DNA of 59,657 nucleotides, filler included, from Sphacelaria rigidula (GCA_964200075.2; 5 parts of 5 records of this genome joined end to end with filler, not necessarily neighbours in it); one strand, 5' to 3'. Positions 10,075-23,305 are shown, numbered from the whole stretch's first letter. Notes: generated by a model from the letters alone, not told the origin. A program made the numbers and translations.

Positions 10075-11618
10075 CAGGCTGGTTCATGTTTATCCAACTA
10101 AAAACACTCATCGGCAAACGTTCACGATGTTTTCAGGCGTGGGACCCTAAAATTTTGCATAAATGTGCCATGGCTCATTACGTAACTTTCGAAGGTTGAG
10201 TTTTTCCTCACTTCTTAACCTTTTTCACCGTTTTTCGGGAGTCCCAGGTTTTCCGTGGAAACTTAGATCCCGGTGGACCCCCGAAAAACGGTGAAAGAAA
10301 GAACAACCTAGTTCATCCAAAGTTGAGTAATGACCCATAGCACATTTGCGCAAAAATTCAGTTTCTAACTCCTGAAAAAGGCGTGACCTTTTGCGCGTTT
10401 GTGCGATTAACCTCTCATTGCCACGGTGAACCGCAAACTACCTGATTATAGTACGAAAATGGCGTTTCTGGGCCTTCTTTAACATGAAAATTCAAGCATC
10501 AGTTGATCGAGTTTGGCCACGAAATTTTGTGGATCCTCTTCTTGGGTTACGCGGCGACAGCTAGCTCACGAAAAAAAATGAAAAGAAAATATCGCAGTGC
10601 CGGCTTTCCAGGGTCCCGGAATGGAGACTCTTTCGAAAAAACGACTTGAATCCCGTCGGACCCCCGAAAAACGGTATACAATTTTAACAAGTTAATATCC
10701 TCGTCCATCGACACTTGCGTGATGACCCATAGCACATTTGTGCATAGTTTCTTTCAGGGTCAAAATCCTAATAACGGCTTGAAGTTTTGCACGTTTGTGC
10801 AAGGACACGAGTTTGAAACGTGCAAACTCCCAACTTCTTGTTTGATCTGAAAAGGTATTTTTTGGAGTGACTTTCACGTCAACGCAAGAAAAATTGTAAG
10901 AGCTTTTTCGACTTTCTCGATCGAACGTTGTACATATGTGTTCCTTGGACTATCCCGGGACGCATTATTATTTATTTTTTTCCGAGGCATCCTGTGCCGC
11001 CGCGTTCCGGACGTCTCCATACTGGGACCCTCGGAAGCAAGTAGAGAACGGAGAAACGTTTGAGATATTGTCAAGAATACTTCGAAGTACGGTCTTTTAA
11101 TTTGGACCATCAACACCTACGGAACTAGCAACGTTTGGGGGCGATCTGAGCTTTCCTACAACAAATAAGGGAAACCGTCACAAGGCTCCCGGGGTCTTTC
11201 GTGCCCATCACCAATGAAAATTTGACGATGCCAAAACCCCCCAATACTGAAACATCATGGTTGCGGGTATAATTCGACCCCGTAGTAGCCGTTTTCAAAC
11301 CTGTTTAATCTGCTTTTCCCGTGAGATTCCCGAGCTGATGGCGGTTACCTACGATTTCAAGCATGTAGAGATTGGGCGAAAATTGGGCTTGAAATTTGTA
11401 TTTTCGATCTCAGACCAATTTGAAGGGCGCTTGAGCGATCGAGGTACCATTTCGCCCTTAGAGTTACCATTATGGCCTTGAACACAAATCCGGCTATGTC
11501 ACGCTCTTTGGCTGTTCATGGCGGTCAGTATGATATCACGTATGCGGCTATTGGGAAGGTGTTGCGAAAGGCATTTGCAGATGAAGCAATTTTGGGTTTA
11601 TGAGCGTAAACCAGCCTG
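10075..11618. mobile_element. Non-autonomous DNA transposon (family C), ~1.54 kb, probably Tc1/mariner-type
   Basis: TIRs CAGGCTGGTTCATG (10075) and GCGTAAACCAGCCTG (ends 11618); TA at the left flank; internal inverted subrepeats; homologous inverted copy at 35860-36924 ending ...AACCAGCCTG|TA. Confidence 0.75.
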
Positions 11619-11620
11619 AA

Positions 11621-11735
11621 TGTGTTGTCATCCCATTTATTGTGGACGTCGATCTACACCTTTTGGTATATGTGGGCGCATCAGCCGGGGTCACACAGGA
11701 AGAAGGCCAACACAAGAGTCCCTTCAGCCGGGGTC
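11621..11735 (-). mobile_element. SINE family A, 3' fragment
   Basis: Reverse complement of ~1230-1328. Confidence 0.8.
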
Positions 11736-11854
11736 ACTTTTTACGATAGCCCCCCCCCCCCCCAAAACCAGCTAATAGTGTCACGAAAAAAATGGCCATA
11801 CAGCGCCTGATGTTCGGGTTCAGGCTGCATGAAGCGCCTCATATTGGCGACATT

Positions 11855-11954
11855 NNNNNNNNNNNNNNNNNNNNNNNNNNNNNNNNNNNNNNNNNNNNTT
11901 AATTAATTAANNNNNNNNNNNNNNNNNNNNNNNNNNNNNNNNNNNNNNNNNNNN
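11855..11954. other. Assembly gap with artificial TTAATTAATTAA linker
   Basis: N-run with a central linker that gives stops in all frames; identical gaps at 23809-23908, 35760-35859 and 47709-47808. Confidence 0.97.
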
Positions 11955-13721
11955 ACCCTCCTCTATGGTAGCATGACTCAATATGACCACAGATCGATCA
12001 TAACAAAACTCAGCGCTCATTTCGTGGACTGCATCGACAAATAGCACGGGAATTTACAAATTGCGGATGGAATGCTTTCGGGGGATGAACCGTACGAGCG
12101 CTTATAACCATCGAACTGATCTCGAAACCAAAATGCAAATGCACCATCTGGCTGTGATGTGTGGCCTTGCTCGCTATGAATAGAAAGTCCACCAGCGATA
12201 AGTGAAATCCCGTGTGCACAGGACGTTCCGACAAAACAGAACAGTATTTTGTACGGGAATGAACGGAGGTCGAAATGGTTCGGTATAAAAACAAGAGATT
12301 TTACAAATTGCGGATGGATACTTCTGGGAATAACTGAGGTTACACGTCAAGGCCGTAAAGTGCTTCGACAATTTAATTCCAAGAATATTTCGATGATCAT
12401 GAAGTCTACCAAGATTCATCCTCAATACAAAACCCCTCCACAATTTGTAAAATCCCGAGTTGAATCACGGTATGTACTTGGAATCTGGCTTTTTCCCAAT
12501 TCGGTATGAAGAAGTATGACGAAATTTGCGCTAGCAGACTGTCAAAAGTACCTTCTTGACATGGATGGACTACGTGTATCGTTTTTCTCAACATTCCACG
12601 TATAAAACCTCAATTAGGGCACCGTTGAGGTTTTCTGAGAGAGAGCGCACGGAAAGCTCACGCTCTCGACTATGCCCAAGAGAGTGTGCGGCAACAGAGT
12701 CGCCTGGATAATCGTTACTGGGCTTGAACATACACTATATTGCTTAGAGCCCCACCGAATATACGCTGGCTAACGAGAACGGGCTTGCAGGGGCTATCTG
12801 TATGCCGTACGTGGCAACGGCAGGTGGTCACCCGACGTCAGTCCCTTGCGCTGTATTGTATGCTCCCTTCTTTAGCGAGTAATGAGCACAAAGTCTGAGC
12901 TCCCTCAAATTGAGTCCGCGCCTGGATTTTGTGTTTCTTCTCTGCCGTTTGGTTGACTCCCTCCCTTGATAACACTCAAATCTAGTAGTAATGTTTTGCT
13001 GATAGCCACAGCGCTTGTGCATTTCGAAGATGGGTATAAAAGGCAGATTGACTGCGTACCAACTTTCAACTGGGGTTATTTCCCTGTATGAAATGCCAAA
13101 ATCACCGACCACTTCGTAGCTAAGCCACATTTTCCCCTTCCCATCGCGACGAGATGCGACGGTTCGAATACACGAAAGAGGTGATGCTGCTGCGCAGTAG
13201 TCGGCACATGCCCTAAGGGTTGCCGAGATAACTTCATCAAGTGAAGCATGAGACAGCGAACAAATGGATATTGCCCTACTACAATTACGATGGAGAAGTA
13301 GATGCAACCGGTAGCGAAACGAGACTGACAGCGAAACTATTGCTCCGAGGCTAGCGTGTAGCCGAACGAATAATCTGGTCCTGGGCCATCACCTCCACAC
13401 TATCGCAACGCGCAGCAGGTATACCTTGTAGGTCGGTCGTTCGATGTGTGTACTATTCAAACGAAAGCTGACGACCACTATTGCTGCCATAAACCACTCC
13501 CAGTTCACTTGGAAAAAGACACACGGGATACAAAGATACAGCAGGAGGAATGTCACAACCATAAAATGGGGCATTTCACAACGTTTGGAGAGATGAAGCG
13601 GGGCGTGTTCCCCACGTGCATGGCCTAAAGGACATAGGCCGTAGCTCGTTCTCCTAAATTCGGGTACTTGCCGAGGTTTTGAGACTTCCGGTCAGCAACG
13701 ATTGAAGCGTTGTAATGCATT

Positions 13722-13922
13722 AGCGCAACGCGTGCTCTTTGGACTGCATTGGAGTTCAAATACCCCAACGTTTAGGGTTACGGTTACGGTTACGGTTACG
13801 GTTACGGTTAGGGTCAGGATCAGGGGGGCGGTCCCAGCAGGGACTGGCTCCGGTGGTCTTGAAAAACGTCGGCCCCGGGGTGTTTTGAACTCCGATGCGG
13901 TCCGAAGAGCACGCGGTCCGCT
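13722..13922. mobile_element. MITE with ~45-bp TIRs enclosing telomere-like repeats
   Basis: Left arm AGCGCAACGCGTGCTCTTTGGACTGCATTGGAGTTCAAATACCCC (13722-13766) matches the reverse complement of 13877-13922; interior TTAGGG(TTACGG)5TTAGGG at 13772-13813. Confidence 0.8.
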
Positions 13923-14609
13923 CACGTATTACAGCACTTCCAACTAAGCTCACGCGAACTCGGTGACAAAAATTCCATGACCGAAAAAGACGTGGTATCA
14001 GTATACTCAATCATATGTTCGGATTTGTACAGGGTTCGCGGTCCCAAGCATATCCCCAGCGTACGCAGCACGCGTCCTGGCTCAAATCGGTTCCGAATTA
14101 ATCTCTGCCAACGCACACTTGGCCTAGGACACTGTTTGCGCCTCCCATGCTCGAGGGTTCACAATATTCCTTGAGTTGGAATTAGAGGTGGGGTTAGCGT
14201 TGGAGCTTTACGAAAAACGGTATGTTCTACCGTGGCTTTTTGTCGGCGTGTTAGCGTGAACCCGCCTCCAGTATCCAGGTATCACTCAGGACGAAGACCT
14301 GGGCATGCGGCCTTCTGAGCCCATGTGCTGAGTCTGTCCTCAGACATTTGTACACCCTTTTGGCGAAAGTTCGGGGAGGGAGTACTCCGTTTTTGTCCGC
14401 TACGCTGGATTCTGAAGTTCGGAGTCCATATCCCAGGGTGCATCAATCACTCACTGACACTGTATTTGCGTGACAATTCTGCGCGGAGGGTACCCGTGTG
14501 CATGGTATGATTTAGCTACGATCAAAATAAAATGTAGAACACAGCTGTTGGTCGTGTGATTCATTTCTTAAGGTTCACTCTTACCGTTTCCACGAACATT
14601 TTGTCCCAG

Positions 14610-17600
14610 CGCAATCTAGAGATGATGTACAGATTGACGGGTCGAATGTCAAGCGAAAAGCCTGGTGCGGCGTTGGAGCAGGAACCGGTGTCGGCAGATA
14701 CTCTCGAGGCCAAGGACATAGAAACCGGGAAGAGCCTCATCATGTATGTCGCAGAGGCAGGAGAGAAGGACTGGTTCGCACATCTAGTCAACGTTATCAA
14801 AAGCGAGGTATGGACGTACGTGGAGGTAATTCTTTACAACCACACTGCGATGTAGTTTCTTGTTTGACACTTTTTTCTCCAAGAAATGAGTCTTTCACAT
14901 CAAGGGCAGATTCCGCGTTCCTGAGAGCTAGAACGCTGACAGTGAGCTTTACTTACTTGTACCTTTAGGCAAAACCGGGATGGAGCTGACTTGTATCAGA
15001 GTCGTCAAAGGCAAAATCTGCGCTATCCCATGACCTGGTATGGCATGCGTAGCACATGGAGAGCAAGGCTGCTGAACTCCGTTCTGTTTATTTGAATGGA
15101 TGCCAAATAATTAATCTCTGGTACAAATAGACAGCTTGAGGATATGCAACACAACAGCCCTTCTAGGAATGTTTTGTATTCACACAAAGCTTCAAGCCAC
15201 GCGGCGGCAGCTTTTGACAGTATAATTCACACTGCACAAAGCGTTGTTTTCTCACCACAAAAGATGCGCCGGGGATCCAATGGTGTCTGATCCCTCGATA
15301 GGGGGGGCGTACTCATTTGTTGCTTGCCTTAGTCGTTCGACCATCGACCACGCATCCCTTTCGAGACGGAGCACCGTTCCTACTCCTAATAGAGACACCT
15401 CCAACATTCTGGCGCTCATTACGGTAGGGGGGCAGGGCGTTTGGTTGCACGAAAAAACGAGATCGGGAGTGTGTTCCACGACCTCATACTTTAGTACTGG
15501 ACTTCTATATGGGTAGAGGCGGTATCAAGTGTTCCGAAAAGGAACTTGATGCTGATATCAAGAACGGTCATACGGGTAATTCAGCTAGCAGCAATGTTTA
15601 AAGCGGCTCCTCCGTGCAACGATTGGATAACCACCCTTCCCCCGCCGTTCCCCACCGTAGGATCAGTTTGATGCAATCGCCAGTTTTAGATATGAAATTC
15701 TTAAACAAAACACTAAAGCTACATATTGGGAGCGTACAGTATGGCACCAAAAAGAAACGGATGTTCGCCATTTCCCCCTCTAACACATGGGGTTCAAAGC
15801 TGTTGTGGGTCTTACCCCCCTGCCGCCCCTGTCCAATTTGTTTTCTTTCTTGGACCCCTGACTCTGCGGGTGTCACACTAATAGCTGGGGTTAAGAGGGC
15901 TCGTGAAGCAACTAAAGGAATCAGATGCAAACGGAGCGCCTCTGCTCTTTCTCGCAGCAAGTAGCAAAGGCCCACGTTCGTGCTTTGAGGCTGTTCGCCA
16001 AGAGATTGAGGAAACCCTGTCAGCGATCGGCCTGATTGAGCAGGTAGAGGCAGTTGACCGGAAGGCTGCCAGAGGAATTCTCATGTACGCCGCTAGAAGC
16101 AATCACCTTGAGGTCTTCCTTGAGGTGTTGCGTTTGCTTGAGGCAGCTTGCAAGGGGACTCTTTCTGGCCAGAACCTCCACAAGGATTGGAAGAAGAAGC
16201 TGGAGACAGCATTTATCCGGCCTGACAAGTATGGACGTACGTTGCTTCATCATGCGAGCGAGGCTGGGAACGCAGATATTTTGCGAACAGTGGTCGAGAT
16301 GGCTGAGGAGTACAAGGTCTTGAAAGCCATGAGCAAGCCGGACAACAACGGACGGACCCCCATGATGTACGTCTTACGCAGGCGCTACAGCGCGGGCAGC
16401 ATTGGAGACAGCGTAGCACAAAAGTTCGAGCTCCTCTGGGAAAAGCGCAGTGATGCGGGCGATGACGGGTGGATGCACAGCCGGCTGCTTCGACTTCATC
16501 CTGAGACGCCGCGGGAGCTGAGAGGGTTACCGGCCGACTACGTATCCAGCGCGAGTACGAAAAAAGAGAAGGCCAAGTTAGAGCTCAATCAAGTCGTGGT
16601 GAAGGGCAAGACAGAGTTGATGCACGCTGCGTATGGCGGACTGCAGTCGTGGTATCTGGTAGTTAGGAAGATTGTGCATGGTGGCGGGGAACTGGATCTC
16701 GACGAAGTGGATCTGGACGGAATACTTGCATTGACGTTGGAGAAAAAGAAGAAAGTCGCCAATGAGAGGCTAGAACCCATTCCAGAACTTTCGGACGACG
16801 TGATAAAGTCATGGGGACATGGAATGCTGCTGGCTGCAGCAGCCCGACGGGGCCATGTGGACGTGTTGGACCTTGTCGAGAGGAAAATACGAGCTCACAC
16901 CAGGGAGTGCGAAGATCAGTTACGCGTACGACGTGCAATCGAGGCGGTTTCCTTGAGCGGTAGATCCCTGTTCACGCTAGCTATTCTCTCCCGCAGTACC
17001 AAAGCCGTCGACTGGGTCCATGCAGCTGTCGAGCGGAACTTCAAGGGGGAAGCCAAGGTGAGGACTGGTGTATGTTCATCGTGAGCTCCATGAGACGTGG
17101 GCATGCACTCCGACCCGCTTCTCCGTTGCGACTTGTCAAGTAGGTGACGTGAAGAGTGTGTGTGAGAAAAATAAGACACGAAAAATCTTAGAGGTATGGT
17201 TGAGCGCAATATAGTTCGTCAGAACCAGGCTCAGCATTGATGGAATCAGGTTCACGAATCTGACCATGGTACCTGCCTCTGTGAGTCTCGGTTCTACTGG
17301 GCATACACCGTGCTCTTGTCATGTCTCAGCGTGCTCGATAGTCACTTACCTCGTGTTCTATGCTAGCCTCGACCAGACCGTTGTGTGTGGAAAATGCCAG
17401 CAGTTGCTACGTGCGACTATCGAGCATTCTGTACCACGCTCTTGTGCATACACGACCTCGGAGCGTCTCGAATTCCATGTTTTCCCGTCCCCCCCCGCTG
17501 CGTCGATTGTCGCAGAGATGGGAGATTTTTTCCGGGCAGAGAAGCAACATCAGCTCGCTGAGTTGCGCGGTATCGGCGCTTGTGACGGACAATCAAGAAG

Positions 17601-20600
17601 GCACGGAAATGTTCGACAAAGTCTTGGGCATACTTGAACAGGTGGAGTTACTGCTTTGAATACCGCCACTTACCTCAACACACATGTGCTCGATACCCCT
17701 CTCGATGTAGGTGAACGAGACATCGGTACATCATGTTCGAGACATCTCCGTTTGTGATTCGGGACTGTACGCGGCACGTCTATGAGACCAAAGTTGTGGC
17801 TTCAATGCGCCAGCGTCAGCCAAAGTAAAGCCTTACACATGTTTCAAGTGATACCTCCACATCTCACACTTCGTTTATGATGGCGCCTGCTTTTGATGGG
17901 TTCGGTTCTAGATCCATGAAAAACCATGCAAATGAATTTGAGGCAGGCGCGAAACAACGGGCACCACAGCGTTGAGACCCGATCAACTCCAACCTGCGTA
18001 TGTTTGCGGCCCAGGTCTACGATGGGTGGTGTGGAAGGCAGAAAGTGATGACAGCTCTGAGACCGCCGCCGACAATAACAGGAAGCACATCGCTCACGCC
18101 GCTGACAGCTGCTGTCTTCAGTGGCAACTGGTACACCTTCAAATGCGTATATGATCGCTGTGCGCCATGGACTCGTGAGCAGGTGGGCTCATGAAAAGCC
18201 GGTGTTATGTTCTCCGATATTAGTAGATGTGATGACGCTGTGTAGCGATAACCGTTGGAGGTGCACCACAGCAACTGCGTCCGCTCGCGACACTTGCCTT
18301 GACTTGACAAGTCGGGTTTTTATGGTGTGGGATCTTCCTCAGTGCGTCAAAGGATCAGTTTGAGCAAATGTGGAAGTAGTCCATACTATCTCGCAGGAAA
18401 AGCACCATAGCGATGGATTACCTGGCATGAAAGTTTCAGCTGCGTTTGGCCATGAGCTATTTACAATCGTGTGCGAGCACACACACACACACACACACAT
18501 CTACAGGATCCAGGAATGTACTACTCCACCTTGAAAGAGCCAGTAGATATCGTTGCAGCTCCACAAGCTTTCCAAGTGCAATGCTTCACAATTATCCATA
18601 ACCGCCATTTCACGGTCGTTGGTTTCTTCATGCCCCGTTGACATCATCAGTTTTTGAACCAAGTCCCCAAAGTACTGATGAAGAAATCGGAGATGTTGGC
18701 CAACGAACACCAAGATATGCACGAAGAAGGAGTACACATCGAGAGGTCGGTCGCGGTGGGGGAAGCTGGGATTCCATCTGTCATGTGGCCTTACGTGGTC
18801 AAGGTACGAATGCATTGCAGGTCGCACACAGTTCAATGTACGACTTCGGTTTGAAGTCTCACTTACAATGTCATGACATTTGTAGCCTGTCACGAAAGCA
18901 CGTTCCCATACCCACGGCGTCGTTGTTGACGGAGCAAGTAGGAGGCACTGTTCTTGGCTCAGGCTCGATCACTTGTTTTCGGCGCCATCCCAAATATGAA
19001 TATCGCACACGAAATACACGAAGTATTGTTGAGGTTGTGCCAAGACAAATAAAGAAGAATGAAGAAGCTACCGGGAAGTTGTAACCACCCACCAGTACAA
19101 ACACGACCGATCAATCTGGGTTCTAAGCCGTACAAGGCGCACGCTGATACACCTTAGGGCTGTTTTTCGCAGGGGTTTCGACACTGCAAGTCTCTCGTCA
19201 GAGGAGGTACGAGCGAGCACGGGGATATCTCGTGGAAAGAGCACTTCAAGGAACATTCCAGACGAGCGGTGGAAACGGCACATACTCGCGGATCGTATGA
19301 CGGCATAAGGTGACTAGATTTGGGGAGACCTGCATGATCGTGTAGCCTCCGTCGGCAATACGATATCCTTCCAAGGTATCCATTCAGGGTATCAATGTTC
19401 ATCCGGGATGTCGACCTGTGCTATCGTCCCGGGCCATTCTTCTTCAAAATAGATATTCCTCGGAGACATCAATCAGGTATGCCCATCTTGAGTGTCAGTT
19501 TCACCTGGGACAATCATCTGGTATGCCTATCTGGCATGTCTGATTCGGCTCGGATATTCACCTGGGATACGGATTTTCGTCCGGGATGAACTCCCTGGCT
19601 GTTCATCTGGGACGTTCGTTCGGCAAATATATATCAATTTGGTATGTCCATTTCGAGTACGGATATCCATCCGGGACATCCATCCATAGTGTTTATATGC
19701 TACATCAGATCCATCTGGGATGTTCTTTCGCATCTTGGGATTTCCCACGTGGACACCCACCTGGAATATGGAAACCCACCCGTTCCTATTTATAACCTGT
19801 CCTCAACCCCTATCCCTAGGGCAGGGAGCCTCTTACTCCGAAAATCTCGGTCGCAAGCATAGAGCCACAGCGTTGGCTTGGGTGCCTTCGTCTCCGTTCG
19901 AATACCGAACGCAGAATCTTCTGATCGATACTCGTATATGATAAACCCTACCCTGATGCGTTGAACTCACAGATAAACTTTCACTTGATGCGGAAGATTT
20001 ACCTTGAGTATCACAAACGGAAGCCCAAGGTGCATCTGACACCCTCTGGATGGATATCCCAGGTGAATTTACTGACATCCCCGATGGAATTTCCCCGTGC
20101 ACGGGGACATCCCAGATGAACGTCCCAGATGGATCTTCAAGATGGATATATGCATCCCAGGTGGATGTTACGATGGTGCAAGGCCTTGTCAATTTGTCAA
20201 CTCCACTAAATGTTTACAATATTGGCGAGTGCGTTGACAGTTTTGACGAGTATATCGATAATGCTTATAAGTGTTTTCCCCAAGAAAGACGTACTGGGCT
20301 ATCGGAGAGTCGATTGCGATCAGTCGTTGACCACTTCGAACATGAAAAACAGTAGTCTCCCTACAAAGCCTGTGTCGTGATATGTGCAGGGGTTTGGTTC
20401 AGGATGGGTTTCCTCTGCACGCGACCCACACTGCGCTTCTCCTTCACGACATTGGTGACCACGAAGAAGATGTGATCGACACCGTCATGCTCACCATCAG
20501 AAACGCAACGTGAGTATAGCGTGCGACCAGTAGCTTCGCCCAACGGGTCATCCGGAGCGAGTAGCACAGATTGCAAGGGCACATGTAAAGCAGTATTCAT

Positions 20601-21811
20601 TGCCCCAGGTGCCACATTCAAGGGTATATTGTAGTCTCACGTGATAAAATATGGTCGTTCTACCGACTCTGCCAGCATTTTTATCAGCTCAATGCGTAGC
20701 TAACCATGCTGGACAAACGGCCGGAGTGCACTTACATTCTGACACGGATCGCAATCGCGACGGTTGTGCGTGTTCGTGATTTTGCTCGTGCCATCAGCAA
20801 CCCCTTCGTGGCGGCAGCTAGCGTGAATACGCAGCTCAGAGAGATCGAGTCGAGGCACCCGATGTACGCTCAGGGTCTACAGCGTCTCCGGAATCGTGTA
20901 AACAGCTTCGTGATGAAGGTCGAGTGTGATTACGTAGACTCGCCCTAAATCCGTGATATTTAGCGTGCACTGTCGTCCGGCATACTTTGGAAGAGCATGC
21001 CCATCCCGATGCGACTGGTGGCGTCGTACTTTTCACTTCTCTCTCTGCTTTGTTGGGATCTACTTGCGTTTTCTTCGTCACCCTTCATCATTTCAGCGAG
21101 TTCCACCATATGCGTTCAACTAAGATCCGGTGGTGGGTGAAGAATACACACTGTGCCGCAAAATGCCCAACTCGCTCCCACCAGAGTCGACAGGCGAAGG
21201 TAATGTAGGCGAATGTTGCTGTCTTTTGCTACAATCTCCGCGAAACAAGACGATTTTGTCGATCCCCAGGTTTCGCCTCGTCGCGGTTGCCTATCCGACT
21301 GCAGCCTTCGAGCAGAAGGCAGGAATGAACCGTTGATTGAACACGGGCGGCGTAATGTTTGTTTCCTTGCCCAGGTGCTACACAATCTCCCACACACCGT
21401 CCATGGGATGGGACGAGCGGTTCTTGGCAGTCACCTCAGCTTTTCCCAGGACGACGATTACGAGCATCTCCCACTAGGAAATCTCGCGGGCTACATGGTC
21501 GTGGCAAGTTCCAAAGAGGAAGGACAACCGCCTAAACTGCCTCCTGTACAATCAAAGACGGATTGGGTTACCACAACCCGTCTTGAGCAAAAAAGAGTGA
21601 ATTCAAAATTCTATAGAGCACCCTCGGGGATGACCAGGATGTGCATACGCTATAAGTAGTCGCTGTCGTCTGTTGCTCAAGCCGTCTACACGGTATCCTC
21701 ACCAGTCGGGCGATTGCCTTCCTTTTGTTGACAGGAGTGGATGTTGGAACCTCTACCACACATTGATGCCCGAGCCAGTCTTCTCGAACTGCAGGGCGAC
21801 CTCATGGGCAG
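14610..21811 (+). CDS. Multi-exon ankyrin-repeat protein, probably the N-terminal part of a TRP-like cation channel (5' and 3' ends uncertain)
   Basis: Phase-compatible exons: 14610-14807, 15885-17057, 17516-17641, 18015-18182, 18651-18803, 19173-19309, 20390-20509, 20798-20918, 21375-21503 (or 21497), 21735-21811. Ankyrin motifs: DKYGRTLLHHASEAGNADIL, DNNGRTPMMY, GKTELMHAAYGG, AAARRGHVDVL, LTPLTAAVFSGNW. TNPFVAAASVNTQLREIESRHPMYAQGLQRLRNRVNSFVMKVL resembles the TRPC-type pre-S1 helices. Confidence 0.85.
15301..15420 (-). mobile_element. LINE family B, 3' fragment in an intron
   Basis: Family B sequence flanked by the probable TSD CG(A/G)TAGGGGGG (15296-15306 and 15422-15432). Confidence 0.85.
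19331..20180. mobile_element. Foldback/MITE-like intronic element with CATC(T/C)GGGA subrepeats
   Basis: Many CATCYGGGA motifs in the left half and their reverse complements (TCCCAGATG) in the right half; degenerate terminal inverted similarity. Confidence 0.55.
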
Positions 21812-22049
21812 GTGAGGGGTTCGAGGAAACGCCAATTGTGCTCCATCCTTCTTGTTTTCTCATCACTATTAAAAAACTGGGGGCATATCAGGGGCGGGCG
21901 CGGATTGGAATGTCGCACACATATGCACCCCTCTTCTCCCGTAGGGGAGAAAACATAACTCTTGTGTGCCTGTACCAACCAACTTTTGTACAGGTACACC
22001 AAAGATGCGTAAATTGGTCTCCTGAAGGCTCAGAGAAGCAGTTTTGAAT

Positions 22050-22540
22050 AATGTCTTGGGTTCGGACTAACCATACGGTGATCAAAGTGGTGAACACCAT
22101 CGTCACTAGCTCAAAGTGATTAGTGGACGCACACTAAGCCCAACCAATTCATACGCACGTACATTTAATTCGGGTTATCAAGTGATTGCACTCTCAAGTC
22201 GAGTAGTTTTGGCCATTGTCTGGGATACAGACCAGCTATACCGAAATCAAGTGCCTGGTACCGGCAGCGCTAGATTCCGAGTGATTCGGGGGGCCATATG
22301 AAACTCAAGTAGTTTGTCCATGGGCACAATAAACTCAAGCATTTTGGTCTACTGACCTGCAGTCTAAGATCGAGTAGTTTTGACCATTGTCTTGAATATA
22401 GAATGCCCATGCTATGTTCATGTGATGAAGACCGACCATACTTGATCCAAGTGATTAGTGGGTCTATAAAAAATCAAGTGGTCTGTATACCCGTACACAA
22501 AACCCAGCACAAGTAATTTGGTCTTATGTGATCTTAAGCC
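22050..22540. repeat. Degenerate array of TCAAGT(G/A)(A/G)TT... subrepeats, probably a transposon-derived block
   Basis: Recurring CAAGTGATT, GAGTAGTTTTG(G/A)CCATTGTC and similar motifs. Confidence 0.45.
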
Positions 22541-22839
22541 ATCTTTTGGATTCTGCATAACATTCCCATCCTAGACCGTCACCAATATACGTTGGTATAG
22601 TAGCCCGACATCGACATCCCTTGGTTACCATTCCCTTGAACGGCCAATATTTGATCTTTGGGGGCTACAGTATAGTGTCTCGACACCAATCTATGTCTCC
22701 CTGTCACACAAGGGCTGAGGGCTGTACTGTTCTCCTACTTTGAAGCTGCGGTTAGCGAAAACGTTCTGCTGCGCGATCATGATCCAGTTCCGGGAAAATA
22801 TCCACACTGTGGACAATGGACACAATAAGAGTCCATTGC

Positions 22840-23305
22840 TTCAGTGATAGACGCAGGGGATAACCTATCGACATATATCGTCGAAATCAATAGATGGTGA
22901 AGCACGTCTACTGATATATATGGCAAGGTAAATAGATGTTGCAAGAGTCGATCAATAGTCTATGGCAACTGAAATAAATAGACACCACTTGGCATGGGTG
23001 GACATCGTACACCGCAACAGTACATGTCGATAGCCATTGCCGAGTCAACAGATTCAGTGACCCATCCATCGATATTCATTGCCGTCATCAGATTAGGTGA
23101 GTAATCCATCGATAGCAATTGCCGTCATCAATAGATTTGGTGAGCCGTCTACCGGTAGCCTTTGCCGTCAACAGATTTGGTGAAAAATCTATCGATAGCC
23201 TCTGCCGCCAACAATGGGTTTTGGGGCATATATCAACATAATCATTGCCGTCAACAATCGACTGTTCCAGGGAGCATCTATCGATAGCCAGTGACGCCAG
23301 AGTGG
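22840..23305. repeat. ~40-bp imperfect tandem array (ATCTATCGATAGCCATTGCCGTCAACAGATTTGGTGA), with degenerate inverted units at the left
   Basis: About 7 units between ~23025 and 23300, seen directly. Confidence 0.7.

Noticed and set aside
11855..11954. Palindromic TTAATTAATTAA repeated four times in the window
   Set aside because: Always centred in 100-nt N-runs, so it is a scaffolding linker, not biology.
23020..23305. CRISPR-like appearance of the ~40-bp array
   Set aside because: No unique spacers of repeat-like length, the units are degenerate, there are no cas genes, and the context is eukaryotic.
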